In this document: positions 19,725-27,328 of the stretch, piece after piece
How positions within the stretch are numbered: the first letter of the stretch is position 1
Layout of the letters: each line of letters starts with the position of its first letter
Virus record (IMG/VR): IMGVR_UViG_3300025103_000060
Span: 1-38,644 of that record
Length of the DNA: 38,644 bases
Strand: one strand, 5' to 3'
DNA from: a virus
Lineage: Duplodnaviria > Caudoviricetes
The notes under the pieces: model-generated
Told to the model about the DNA's origin: nothing
The model's database searches: none
The model's input: only the letters and a program-made list of their open reading frames with translations
Made by a program: the position numbers and the translations under genes

Positions 19725-19870
19725 AATTCTTTATATTTATTTTTTCTGTTATATTTCTTTTTATTCAAATGGATTTTATTCCCAATCATTCCATTTTTCT
19801 TATCTTCTTGGATTTCTAACCATTTTACATACTCTTTTAACTTTTTATTATCTTCTTCTGAAATTATCAT
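19706..19870 (-). CDS. Small basic protein (54 aa), not in the ORF track
   Basis: ATG 19870 overlaps the upstream TGA (ATGA). Reads MIISEEDNKKLKEYVKWLEIQEDKKNGMIGNKIHLNKKKYNRKNKYKELWLSQD and fills the operon gap. Confidence 0.7.
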   Translation of the reverse strand: MIISEEDNKKLKEYVKWLEIQEDKKNGMIGNKIHLNKKKYNRKNKYKELWLSQD

Positions 19871-20178
19871 GCTATTTTATTTGGATTCCTAATTTTATCA
19901 TTAATTGCAGCTTCAAAATCTTTTTGGGCTGTTTGCCAACTCATATATGTTAATACTTTGTATAAATTTGCATCTTTTACTGAATCTATACTGTTTTTAC
20001 CTCCTTCTGTAAATACTCCCTTCTCAGCTATACTATATAAACTATTTAACCAACCATAAGGCTTTATAAACCTTTTATATTCCCCTTCTGTCCTTACGCC
20101 TCCTGTAACAGTTGTTTTTGCACTGAAGATATTTGGAAATGATTTGTCAATTTTAGATTTTGTATGCTTAAAAAAAAA
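19867..20178 (-). CDS. Tail assembly chaperone, -1 frameshifted extension (gpT-like)
   Basis: Open in the -1 frame relative to 20094..20756 and entered at the T9 run (20170-20178). It has only a TTG start of its own. The YGW..SLY.IA...LY..LTY motif fits chaperone C-terminal extensions. Confidence 0.7.
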   Translation of the reverse strand, partial: FFFKHTKSKIDKSFPNIFSAKTTVTGGVRTEGEYKRFIKPYGWLNSLYSIAEKGVFTEGGKNSIDSVKDANLYKVLTYMSWQTAQKDFEAAINDKIRNPNKIA

Positions 20179-20756
20179 CTGAACTCCCAAATAACATCCA
20201 TTGTAAGTAACTTAAACTTCTCTGTTTTTTTATCTATATTATCTTCATCATATTCTTCTCCAGCTCTCCTACACAAAATTGCCATTTGTTCAGGTAAAAC
20301 ATCAAAAACACCATGTTTCATACTGTCAATAGTCATATCTAACTGTGTAGATTCAATATAATCTCCAAAAGTGTTATCAAACATAGCTTCTTTAGGGAAA
20401 AAGTATTTTTCTTCTTCAAACATAAATCCATCTACTCCCATAGGTTTATATTCCTCTGTTACCTTACCGATAAACTCCATAGCTCTACTAATACTATCAA
20501 CATCACATCTTTGTAGTGTATTATCATCAATTTTTGTTATATATTGAAAAATATCAGTATTCATCTTTAACATTTCAACTGTACTAATTTTTGAGAAGGG
20601 TTTTTGTTCATCAAACTCCCCTTCTTTTAATTTAGCCTTATGTTTTTGTTCATGATTTTTTATAATATCATACCAACCACACCAATACTCTAGTGTAATG
20701 TCCTTCCATTCTGTTGGAACTTCATATTTTTTACCATCAATATCTAATGTTACCAT
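20094..20756 (-). CDS. Tail assembly chaperone (gpG-like)
   Basis: 220 aa with VPTEW.DITL, TFGDYI and MAILCR motifs. It ends shortly after the slippery FSFFL (AGT TTT TTT TTA). Confidence 0.7.
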   Translation of the reverse strand: MVTLDIDGKKYEVPTEWKDITLEYWCGWYDIIKNHEQKHKAKLKEGEFDEQKPFSKISTVEMLKMNTDIFQYITKIDDNTLQRCDVDSISRAMEFIGKVTEEYKPMGVDGFMFEEEKYFFPKEAMFDNTFGDYIESTQLDMTIDSMKHGVFDVLPEQMAILCRRAGEEYDEDNIDKKTEKFKLLTMDVIWEFSFFLSIQNLKLTNHFQISSVQKQLLQEA

Positions 20757-21181
20757 TTTTCGTCTATTTTTACTGTAAATTCATTTGTTAGTCTATCATC
20801 AGCGTATATATCATAAGTCTCTCCAATAATTTCTGAAGTTTTCTTAAATAATTTTTGTCTTATTTTTTTGAAGTTATCTCTGTTTTCTTTGTTACTAATA
20901 CCAGCTAAAAACCCAACAGCAGCAAAAACTACTAAGTTTGGAATCATATACCTCCATTCTAACATAGCAGATTCATCAATCGCTCCATCATGTTTAATAA
21001 AATTCAAGTGGTCAACTCTAAATTCGTTGGAATATGATATAATCATACTTAAAACCTCATTAAAATCATTAAATTTACCCATATCCTCCTCCTCTGTAAC
21101 ATAATAAATCAAAGCTTTAATATTTTGGATGTATTTATCCAATATTTTCTTATGTTCTATGTTGTCGCAGATTATATCCAT
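20750..21181 (-). CDS. Hypothetical protein
   Basis: 143 aa, first gene after the promoter at 21202, with one hydrophobic stretch. Confidence 0.7.
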   Translation of the reverse strand: MDIICDNIEHKKILDKYIQNIKALIYYVTEEEDMGKFNDFNEVLSMIISYSNEFRVDHLNFIKHDGAIDESAMLEWRYMIPNLVVFAAVGFLAGISNKENRDNFKKIRQKLFKKTSEIIGETYDIYADDRLTNEFTVKIDEKW

Positions 21182-21201
21182 AATTTATAGTAAAATATAT
21201 G

Positions 21202-21246
21202 CAAAAATAGAATAATAAATAATACAAGCTACGAAAAAATTAGAAA
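21202..21246 (-). promoter_or_regulatory. Putative late promoter for the tail operon
   Basis: Sense strand TTTCTA-N4-TTTCGT-N21-TATTTTTG. Confidence 0.75.
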
Positions 21247-21247
21247 T

Positions 21248-22702
21248 CTACGAAAAGTAAACAATTTTACCGCTATTTGACCAAATTTCTCTATTTACAG
21301 CCATTACAAGACAATCTACCATATCATCATGTTTTGCAGCTGGAAATTTAACACATTGTTGTATAAATTCTTCATTCCACTCCCCTTTAACTAAACTTAC
21401 CCTACCACTTTCTAAAGCAGCTGATATATCTTGTACTCTTGCTACCTTATCTTTTGTTGGTGGTACATCTTCTCTTACATTTAACCCTGTTTCCCTTTTT
21501 AATGTTTGTACTATTGACTTACCTGAAGCTTTTGGCTCCACAAAAACTCTACTACTATTTGTATATCCATTCATCTGTACCCATTGAGGTATAAATCTAA
21601 TTAAATCAGGAAAATCTTTATGAACATTTATACAAGATATAATTTGCCATTTATTTTCTCTATATGTATAAGCTAGTAAAGCTGATGGGTCATTTTTTTG
21701 ATTTGCAGTATATGCGGGGTCAATTACAAAATTAACTACAGTTTTTTCGTCATGTTTTTTGTAGTCGTCTAGTGTTAACCATTCTGCTCTTATCATTCCT
21801 GAGTTAAGAGGGGTTGGAGTTTGCATTAGTTGTCCAGCATACCCATAACTACCCAAAGCTTCTTTATAATCTTGTAATATATCTCTACTAAACCTATCTT
21901 CCCAAAATAAACCATCTTCATTGTAATAACTTTCTAATGATTTTGGTTTTATGTCTGGAGATACTTCTGCAGGTATGCAAATGTGTTTATATTTTAATCT
22001 GGTGTTCAATCCTCCTACTAAATATCCGCTGAGGTCGTTCTCGTGTATTCTTTGCATTATGATTATACGAACCCCCGTTAGAGGATTGTTCAGCCTTGAG
22101 TAAAATGTTGTTCGGTACCATTCGTTAGCATTTTCCCTCTCTACTTCTGACGCAGCGTTCTTAGGCGAGACGGGGTCGTCTATAATAAGAAAATCAGCTC
22201 CCTGTCCTGTAATGGTTCCTCCAACTGAAGTTGCTCTACGCATTCCCATATAGTTATTTTCATATCTTGCCTTTAAGTTCTGGTCTTTTTTAATATGAAA
22301 TATCTCTCCCCATCTTTCTATAAACCAATCGCTCTGAATAACATCTCTTGATTTAGTTGCATGTTCTATAGAAAGGTCTGCAGAGTAAGAAGCAGTAATA
22401 AATCTAAGTTTAGGGTCTCTAATCCAACACCAAACAGGAAATAGAACAGTAGTGATTAGTGATTTAGTGGAACGAAATGGTACATTTATAACTATGTCCT
22501 TTGTTTTTGGTCTCCCTTCAATAATTCTTTCTGCTTCTCCCTGTAAAACACCACATAGGTATTTATGATGCCAATTAGTAGATAAGGGAACAGATGGTTC
22601 TACTATATGCCAGCTAAACTTAAAGAAATCATAAAATGACATCTCACATAGTTTCTGTTCAATAGCAAACTTTATAAGTTCGTCTTTATCCTTTGTATTC
22701 AT
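21248..22702 (-). CDS. terL: Terminase large subunit
   Basis: INVPFRSTKS (Walker A-like), TASYS, ITGQGADFLIIDDP (Walker B), IMQRIHENDLSG, and nuclease motifs IDPA, EPKASG, DKVAR and HDDMVD. Confidence 0.97.
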   Translation of the reverse strand: MNTKDKDELIKFAIEQKLCEMSFYDFFKFSWHIVEPSVPLSTNWHHKYLCGVLQGEAERIIEGRPKTKDIVINVPFRSTKSLITTVLFPVWCWIRDPKLRFITASYSADLSIEHATKSRDVIQSDWFIERWGEIFHIKKDQNLKARYENNYMGMRRATSVGGTITGQGADFLIIDDPVSPKNAASEVERENANEWYRTTFYSRLNNPLTGVRIIIMQRIHENDLSGYLVGGLNTRLKYKHICIPAEVSPDIKPKSLESYYNEDGLFWEDRFSRDILQDYKEALGSYGYAGQLMQTPTPLNSGMIRAEWLTLDDYKKHDEKTVVNFVIDPAYTANQKNDPSALLAYTYRENKWQIISCINVHKDFPDLIRFIPQWVQMNGYTNSSRVFVEPKASGKSIVQTLKRETGLNVREDVPPTKDKVARVQDISAALESGRVSLVKGEWNEEFIQQCVKFPAAKHDDMVDCLVMAVNREIWSNSGKIVYFS

Positions 22703-23141
22703 CTAATCGGTTTCTTAATTCCTCAACAGATATATCTTCATTAAAATCAATCTTAATTTTTTTTGTAGTATTATCGTTAATTTCAGATGATGAAAGTTTT
22801 GGTACTGTATAGTTCATCAATTTAGTTATAGCATTTATATATGCTTCGGGAGATTCCAAGAATAATTGCTCTAAAGCTATTTTTATTTTAGTTGAATGAC
22901 CTTCCAAAGCCCAAGCTAAAGCATTTCTACTCATTGCAGTTGTTTTAGCTTTTCCTCTTGTTGGTTTTATATTATCTATAGCTGGAGTAGTTGGTGGTAA
23001 GTTTCTTTTATTTGATAAGGGAGACTTAATCTTTTCAGCTTCCTTATTCTCCTTAATATTCTTTTCCATATCATTAATATCAGAACCTCCAATACCTAAC
23101 CTTCTTCTTAACTCCTCTTTTTCTTTATCTTTATCTTTCAT
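22686..23141 (-). CDS. Putative terminase small subunit
   Basis: 151 aa overlapping the terL start, with a KL..YTVPKLSS motif. The call is positional. Confidence 0.65.
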   Translation of the reverse strand: MKDKDKEKEELRRRLGIGGSDINDMEKNIKENKEAEKIKSPLSNKRNLPPTTPAIDNIKPTRGKAKTTAMSRNALAWALEGHSTKIKIALEQLFLESPEAYINAITKLMNYTVPKLSSSEINDNTTKKIKIDFNEDISVEELRNRLDEYKG

Positions 23142-23157
23142 AATAAATTATTTTTTA

Positions 23158-23202
23158 CAAATATATGTAATTGATATATAACTTAAACGAAATTTATAGA
23201 AA
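23158..23202 (-). promoter_or_regulatory. Putative late promoter for the terminase operon
   Basis: Sense strand TTTCTA-N4-TTTCGT-N21-TATATTTG. Confidence 0.75.
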
Positions 23203-23247
23203 TAATATAAAATTCAACTTTAAAATTTTATTTGCATTATATATAGC

Positions 23248-23322
23248 TTTATCCTTATCCTTATCTTTATCCTTATATATAAGGGTACTATAAACCCTTC
23301 ACTAACCCTTCATTAACCCTTC
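23248..23322. repeat. Iteron-like array 1 with a (TTATCY)n hexamer tract
   Basis: Four TTATCY hexamers, then TTATATATAAGGGT, then AACCCTTC at 23293, 23304 and 23315 (11-bp period). Confidence 0.85.
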
Positions 23323-23698
23323 CCAAACAGTTGTTTCTTCCATCTTTTTCGTAGTTGTTAAATTCCTATCCCCTAACTTAGCAATACATTTGTGTTACTT
23401 TTGTGTCTGCCCTAACTTACTCCATATCTAGTAAAACAACCTTTATAAAATTGAAGTTCAAAATTTGATTTGTGTGTATATGTCCTCAATTGTGAATATT
23501 TTGGAAATTGACGGTATTTTTTAAAAAACCTCCTAAAAACTACAAAATCTCCTTAAAATTTGGAAATAATCAAAGAAAGTAAGAAACTTATTAACATTTT
23601 TATAAAATTGTTCGTTTTATTTGGTATATTCAAAGGAAAAACGCTGGTTTTTAACATGTTTTCTTATAAATTTCTTTACTTTCTTTAAAAATTATTTG

Positions 23699-23779
23699 TT
23701 AACTACAAAAGGCGATAAATAAAAAAGTTATTATAACAATAAATTTAATAGTTGCGCTTTCTTGGTTTAGGTTTGCCAT
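23699..23779 (-). CDS. Putative 26-aa membrane peptide, not in the ORF track
   Basis: MANLNQESATIKFIVIITFLFIAFCS, preceded by the A-rich leader ACTAACTAAAATTTTAACAC. It follows the 419-aa gene. Confidence 0.45.
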   Translation of the reverse strand: MANLNQESATIKFIVIITFLFIAFCS

Positions 23780-23813
23780 GTGTTAAAATTTTAGTTAGTA
23801 TTTATTTTAGTTT

Positions 23814-25073
23814 TTATATGTCTAAGTCGTCGCGGTGGTGATACTCGCTTATCTGGCTATTATAGATTGCGTCGCTTTGTAATATGCTTTCCTCTCTATC
23901 TTCACAATAAACAATACAATCTTCACATGCTTCAACATCTGCCGAATCAATATAATATAATTCATCTGGATGCGTTTCGTGTCCGCATTCATTACATGTT
24001 CTAGTATTTTCTGAGGCTTCCCCGCTCATATTATTAAGCTTCAATATATCACTATCACTGCTTTCATCATTGCTAAGAGTTTGGTTATATGTATTGAAGT
24101 GGTGGAAGGTGTCGGCGTATGGGTAATAACAATAACTATCTCTCTTTACTTCTATATCAAATATAGGATTATTACTGCAAAATATTTCTTTAGTTGTGTT
24201 CTGTTCTGCTGTTACTTTGCTTTTTATATCGTACCAATTGAAACAGGGCGCAAACTTAATATCGTTGTCCGCTGCAATGGTGTTTATATTAAAGTGTTTA
24301 TGTACTTGATTGAATAATTGCGTTTGCGTTTCTGCTCTATGTTCTTGCGTCTTGGTGTAAATTCTATCAATAAAAAAATGTTTCGGATTCTGTTTCTTTC
24401 TTCTGTCTATATCTGCTTCGGCTTTGTCTATCCATACAAGGGCGCGCGCGACTATCTCATTACCTTGAGTAAGTATTGCCATCTTCAAAGTGTTTTCATC
24501 TGTATTAATATCGTTATAAATTTCAAAATAGCTTTTGGGCTTTCCCTGCATACAGGATTTATTAATATCGCTTTTTTCTTTTATGTGTAAATTCTCTATT
24601 TTGCCGATATTAAAAGGCTCGTTATTTGCTGGCTGGCTACAACTTCCTGTGTTGCTGTGCTTATGGTTGTATATTTGCGGTATGTGTTCAGCGTCTAATA
24701 CATGAAAAGTCTTAGGCAACAACAAATTTGCGGCGGCGGTTGCTTCTGTTACAATGTTATTGAATTGTTGCAATTGCTCGGCTGTTATTCCTTCAGTATC
24801 AAAATAATTATTTGCAAACTTACGCAAAGTACAGGCGTTGTAATATTTATTCCTCTGCTCGGTTGTTGGGTGTGTTATTGTTATATTTGCGTGCTCTATC
24901 AATTTAAGAATTTTATCTTTTTTAATATATGATATTTTAAGAGGGTTGCAAACGGCGTTTGCTATCGTATTAATACAAATATTAAATTTTTTATTTTCTT
25001 GTATATCTTGCTCGCAAATATCATCAAGCATAGATAAAACTATATTTTTAAATTTTGGGTTTTGAATATACAT
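23814..25073 (-). CDS. Conserved phage protein with SCM / ARALVW / DRIY / YPY.DTF motifs and a C-terminal Zn ribbon
   Basis: All four motifs are visible in the translation. C-terminal CNECG...CEDC and an acidic tail. Function not established. Confidence 0.8.
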   Translation of the reverse strand: MYIQNPKFKNIVLSMLDDICEQDIQENKKFNICINTIANAVCNPLKISYIKKDKILKLIEHANITITHPTTEQRNKYYNACTLRKFANNYFDTEGITAEQLQQFNNIVTEATAAANLLLPKTFHVLDAEHIPQIYNHKHSNTGSCSQPANNEPFNIGKIENLHIKEKSDINKSCMQGKPKSYFEIYNDINTDENTLKMAILTQGNEIVARALVWIDKAEADIDRRKKQNPKHFFIDRIYTKTQEHRAETQTQLFNQVHKHFNINTIAADNDIKFAPCFNWYDIKSKVTAEQNTTKEIFCSNNPIFDIEVKRDSYCYYPYADTFHHFNTYNQTLSNDESSDSDILKLNNMSGEASENTRTCNECGHETHPDELYYIDSADVEACEDCIVYCEDREESILQSDAIYNSQISEYHHRDDLDI

Positions 25074-25093
25074 TTTTTTTAGTTTTTAAGGGT

Positions 25094-25321
25094 TTATAGT
25101 TCGTTATTTAATTGCTCGTTATTCATTTGTAAAATTTCCTCTAATTCATCTCCTATATTTTGAATATTAGAGTTTATTTTATTGTCAATAATATTTTCTA
25201 TTTGCGCATAGGAATTGAAATCTATATTTGCGCTCGTTTCTTTAGTCCATTTTGCAAACAATTTTAGTTGTAATTTTAAGGTTTTTATTTCCTTTTCTAG
25301 TTGTTTAATTTTTTTGTCCAT
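25094..25321 (-). CDS. Hypothetical early protein
   Basis: 75 aa, coiled-coil-like, with leader AAACCCCTTAAAAACTAAAA. Confidence 0.75.
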   Translation of the reverse strand: MDKKIKQLEKEIKTLKLQLKLFAKWTKETSANIDFNSYAQIENIIDNKINSNIQNIGDELEEILQMNNEQLNNEL

Positions 25322-25346
25322 TTTTTTAGTTTTTAAGGGGTTTATA

Positions 25347-25583
25347 TTAATATGTAATAAAAGAGTAGATAAGGACGCAAAAGCCTAGTAAAACGGCTGA
25401 AACTGCTATTGTTTCTGATATGTTGGCTATCTTGTCGGCTTTTCTTTGTGCTGGAGTTTCAAATTTGTATTTATGGAGTTTACCTCCGTTTCTTCGCATA
25501 AACTCCTGAACTTGATTAGAGGGCAAATATAAAACGGCGTTTGTCGCTCTGTTTGTTAGTTTGTAATCTTTTAAATTCTTCAT
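25347..25583 (-). CDS. Hypothetical early protein with a C-terminal transmembrane helix
   Basis: 78 aa ending IAVSAVLLGFCVLIYSFITY. First gene after the promoter at 25614. Confidence 0.75.
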   Translation of the reverse strand: MKNLKDYKLTNRATNAVLYLPSNQVQEFMRRNGGKLHKYKFETPAQRKADKIANISETIAVSAVLLGFCVLIYSFITY

Positions 25584-25613
25584 TTTTTTTATGTTTTTAA
25601 ATTAATAATAGTA

Positions 25614-25643
25614 CAAAAGTAGAAAATAAAACCATACTACAAA
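25614..25643 (-). promoter_or_regulatory. Bacteroidota-type host promoter for the putative early operon
   Basis: TTTG-N18-TACTTTTG (-33/-7 consensus). Confidence 0.7.
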
Positions 25644-25698
25644 ATTATTTTGTAATTATTTGTAAATTAATTTATTCTACTAGGTTAAAAAATATGTA

Positions 25699-25717
25699 AT
25701 TTATAATGATTCTAAAT
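25699..25717. promoter_or_regulatory. Fur-box-like imperfect palindrome, copy 1
   Basis: ATTTATAATGATTCTAAAT, a 9-1-9 inverted repeat with one mismatch. Confidence 0.55.
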
Positions 25718-25781
25718 AAGAAATAAAAACCTCATAAGTAAAAAAAATTATATAAAAAAACTTTTTTACATTTATTTTTTA

Positions 25782-25800
25782 ATTTATAATGATTCTAAAT
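25782..25800. promoter_or_regulatory. Fur-box-like imperfect palindrome, copy 2
   Basis: Identical to copy 1. Part of an exact 24-bp repeat (25697-25720 and 25780-25803). Confidence 0.55.
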
Positions 25801-25807
25801 AAGGAAA

Positions 25808-25825
25808 TACTATGCATGCATAGTA
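25808..25825. repeat. Perfect 18-bp palindrome
   Basis: TACTATGCATGCATAGTA equals its own reverse complement. Confidence 0.9.
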
Positions 25826-25846
25826 AATAAAAATCTCAAAAAATCC

Positions 25847-25901
25847 CTATATATAAGCCCCTAACAGTTTCAGGGCTATATATAAGCCCCTAACAGTTTC
25901 A
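25847..25901. repeat. Tandem 26-bp direct repeat
   Basis: CTATATATAAGCCCCTAACAGTTTCA at 25847-25872 and 25876-25901. A partial ACAGTTTCA recurs at 25964. Confidence 0.9.
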
Positions 25902-25979
25902 AATGTAAATTGGTTTTAGGAAATTGTTTGGAAATTTTTTTTATTTTTTTATATAAAGGGATGACAGTTTCAACAGACT

Positions 25980-26183
25980 TTAATCTTTGGTGTAGGTTTT
26001 GTGTGTAAGTATCTGATTTATAATAGGTTGACTGACTTCACAAACATCAGCTAAGTATTCTTGAGTGTATTGTCCTGTCTTATAAAGGTTTCTTATTTCT
26101 TCTGCTTGCTCAAATGTAAACTTTCTTTTAGCATATCCTCCACCTCTCCTATCTTTTCTATCTTTCCTTTTAATCTTCCCCAT
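25980..26183 (-). CDS. Small HTH DNA-binding protein
   Basis: K.T.EQA.EIR.LY....TQ..LA....VSQ..I..I, the HTH type often found at the C-terminus of HNH proteins, with a basic N-terminus. Confidence 0.75.
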   Translation of the reverse strand: MGKIKRKDRKDRRGGGYAKRKFTFEQAEEIRNLYKTGQYTQEYLADVCEVSQPIINQILTHKTYTKD

Positions 26184-26376
26184 TATTATTATCTTTTTTC
26201 TTATCTTTAATCTTATCTCTCTCTACCTTATAACAAACACTACATAATCCTATTATCTCTGTTGTTAGGGGGTCGTATTCTTCAGGGTTTTTATAGTTAA
26301 GTGGAGCTCCTAAGTAACTTTTATTCTTTAGTAACTCAAACTCTCTATTACATATATGACATATAATCTCCATCAT
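26170..26376 (-). CDS. Small Zn-ribbon protein
   Basis: CHIC...CSVC. Confidence 0.6.
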   Translation of the reverse strand: MMEIICHICNREFELLKNKSYLGAPLNYKNPEEYDPLTTEIIGLCSVCYKVERDKIKDKKKDNNNGED

Positions 26377-26385
26377 AACCTTCCT

Positions 26386-26814
26386 CTATAATCTACCCCC
26401 ATCATACTGTTTATGCATATAATTATCAATAGCTTCTTTACATTCGTCAAATCCTTTACATACCTTAGCTGTATATCCAACTTCATTTAGGTATGCAATC
26501 CATTCGTGTTGATGTTTTGAAGCGTAAGACTTTCTATCCTTCTTTATTTCTAAAAAAAGACCACATGATTCTCTAGTAGGGTAGCAGATTTGGAGGTCAG
26601 GGAAACCTTTTATATAACCGCTAGCTTTCGCTTTTACGGCTTGGGTGTAGGACGTTCTTATCCCACCTAAACTCGCACAGAATTTAGCTAAGGGATATTG
26701 TAGTTGTAGGTATTTAACTACTGCTTTTTGGAGCTCGTACTCGCTTTGACTTTTTGATAATCCGTTTTTTGTTGTCTCGTTTAACTTTTGGTTTATCTTC
26801 TTTTTCTTTTTCAT
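26386..26814 (-). CDS. VRR-NUC family nuclease (resolvase-like)
   Basis: SE..LQ..VV.YL, KA.G..KGFPDL, LFLEIK, Q.EWI..L...GY motifs. Confidence 0.85.
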   Translation of the reverse strand: MKKKKKINQKLNETTKNGLSKSQSEYELQKAVVKYLQLQYPLAKFCASLGGIRTSYTQAVKAKASGYIKGFPDLQICYPTRESCGLFLEIKKDRKSYASKHQHEWIAYLNEVGYTAKVCKGFDECKEAIDNYMHKQYDGGRL

Positions 26815-26965
26815 CTTTTAATTGTTGAGCAGACTTAACAAGTTCTAAAAGATTTTTATCTGTATTATGCATAATACTTATTTTCTTGTTAATCTGATAA
26901 TATCTTACATCAACTCCAATGAGCCATAAGATAATTACTGCTAATGTAATGTAAATTGTTGTCAT
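26714..26965 (-). CDS. Hypothetical membrane-anchored protein
   Basis: 83 aa with an N-terminal transmembrane helix, a basic tail and leader AACCAAAAAAAATAAACT. Confidence 0.6.
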   Translation of the reverse strand: MTTIYITLAVIILWLIGVDVRYYQINKKISIMHNTDKNLLELVKSAQQLKDEKEKEDKPKVKRDNKKRIIKKSKRVRAPKSSS

Positions 26966-26968
26966 AGT

Positions 26969-27328
26969 TTATTTTTTTTGGTTAATTTTTTCTAATTCAA
27001 ATTCTAAATGAGCTATTGCTTTCTTAATACAATCAACAGGAGTGTCATGTTTACGATATGCTCGTAAGATGTATGTAGTTGCTGTAGCAAGATGATATGT
27101 TAAATCAAAGTTATCACAAACTTTTCTTGCTTCATATCCGTTTTTCCCTTTATAGTATTCTGGAACTCTATCATCAAATATTTTTAAATCTTCATCTATT
27201 GTAGAGCTCATTAAGTCTTTTTTACTCAACAACATTTTAGGATTAATATATGCGGTATTACTTTGTTTGTTGTTATCCATATTTCTGTCTAATTCGTAGT
27301 AATATTTACTGTGCTCTTTCTTTTTCAT
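26969..27328 (-). CDS. DUF3310-like protein
   Basis: P.YY....YE.....F.L...YILRA..K....D..KAI.HLE pattern. Confidence 0.7.
   Translation of the reverse strand: MKKKEHSKYYYELDRNMDNNKQSNTAYINPKMLLSKKDLMSSTIDEDLKIFDDRVPEYYKGKNGYEARKVCDNFDLTYHLATATTYILRAYRKHDTPVDCIKKAIAHLEFELEKINQKK

Noticed and set aside
23200-23345. Functional ORF through the KDKDKD-coding tract
   Set aside because: The frame from the nearby ATG (MEETTVWEGLMKG) stops before the tract, and the other frames also stop within the iterons. It is treated as a DNA element.
25697-25901. Possible mini-CRISPR array
   Set aside because: There are only two copies of each repeat, the spacers are 59 and 3 nt, and there are no cas genes.
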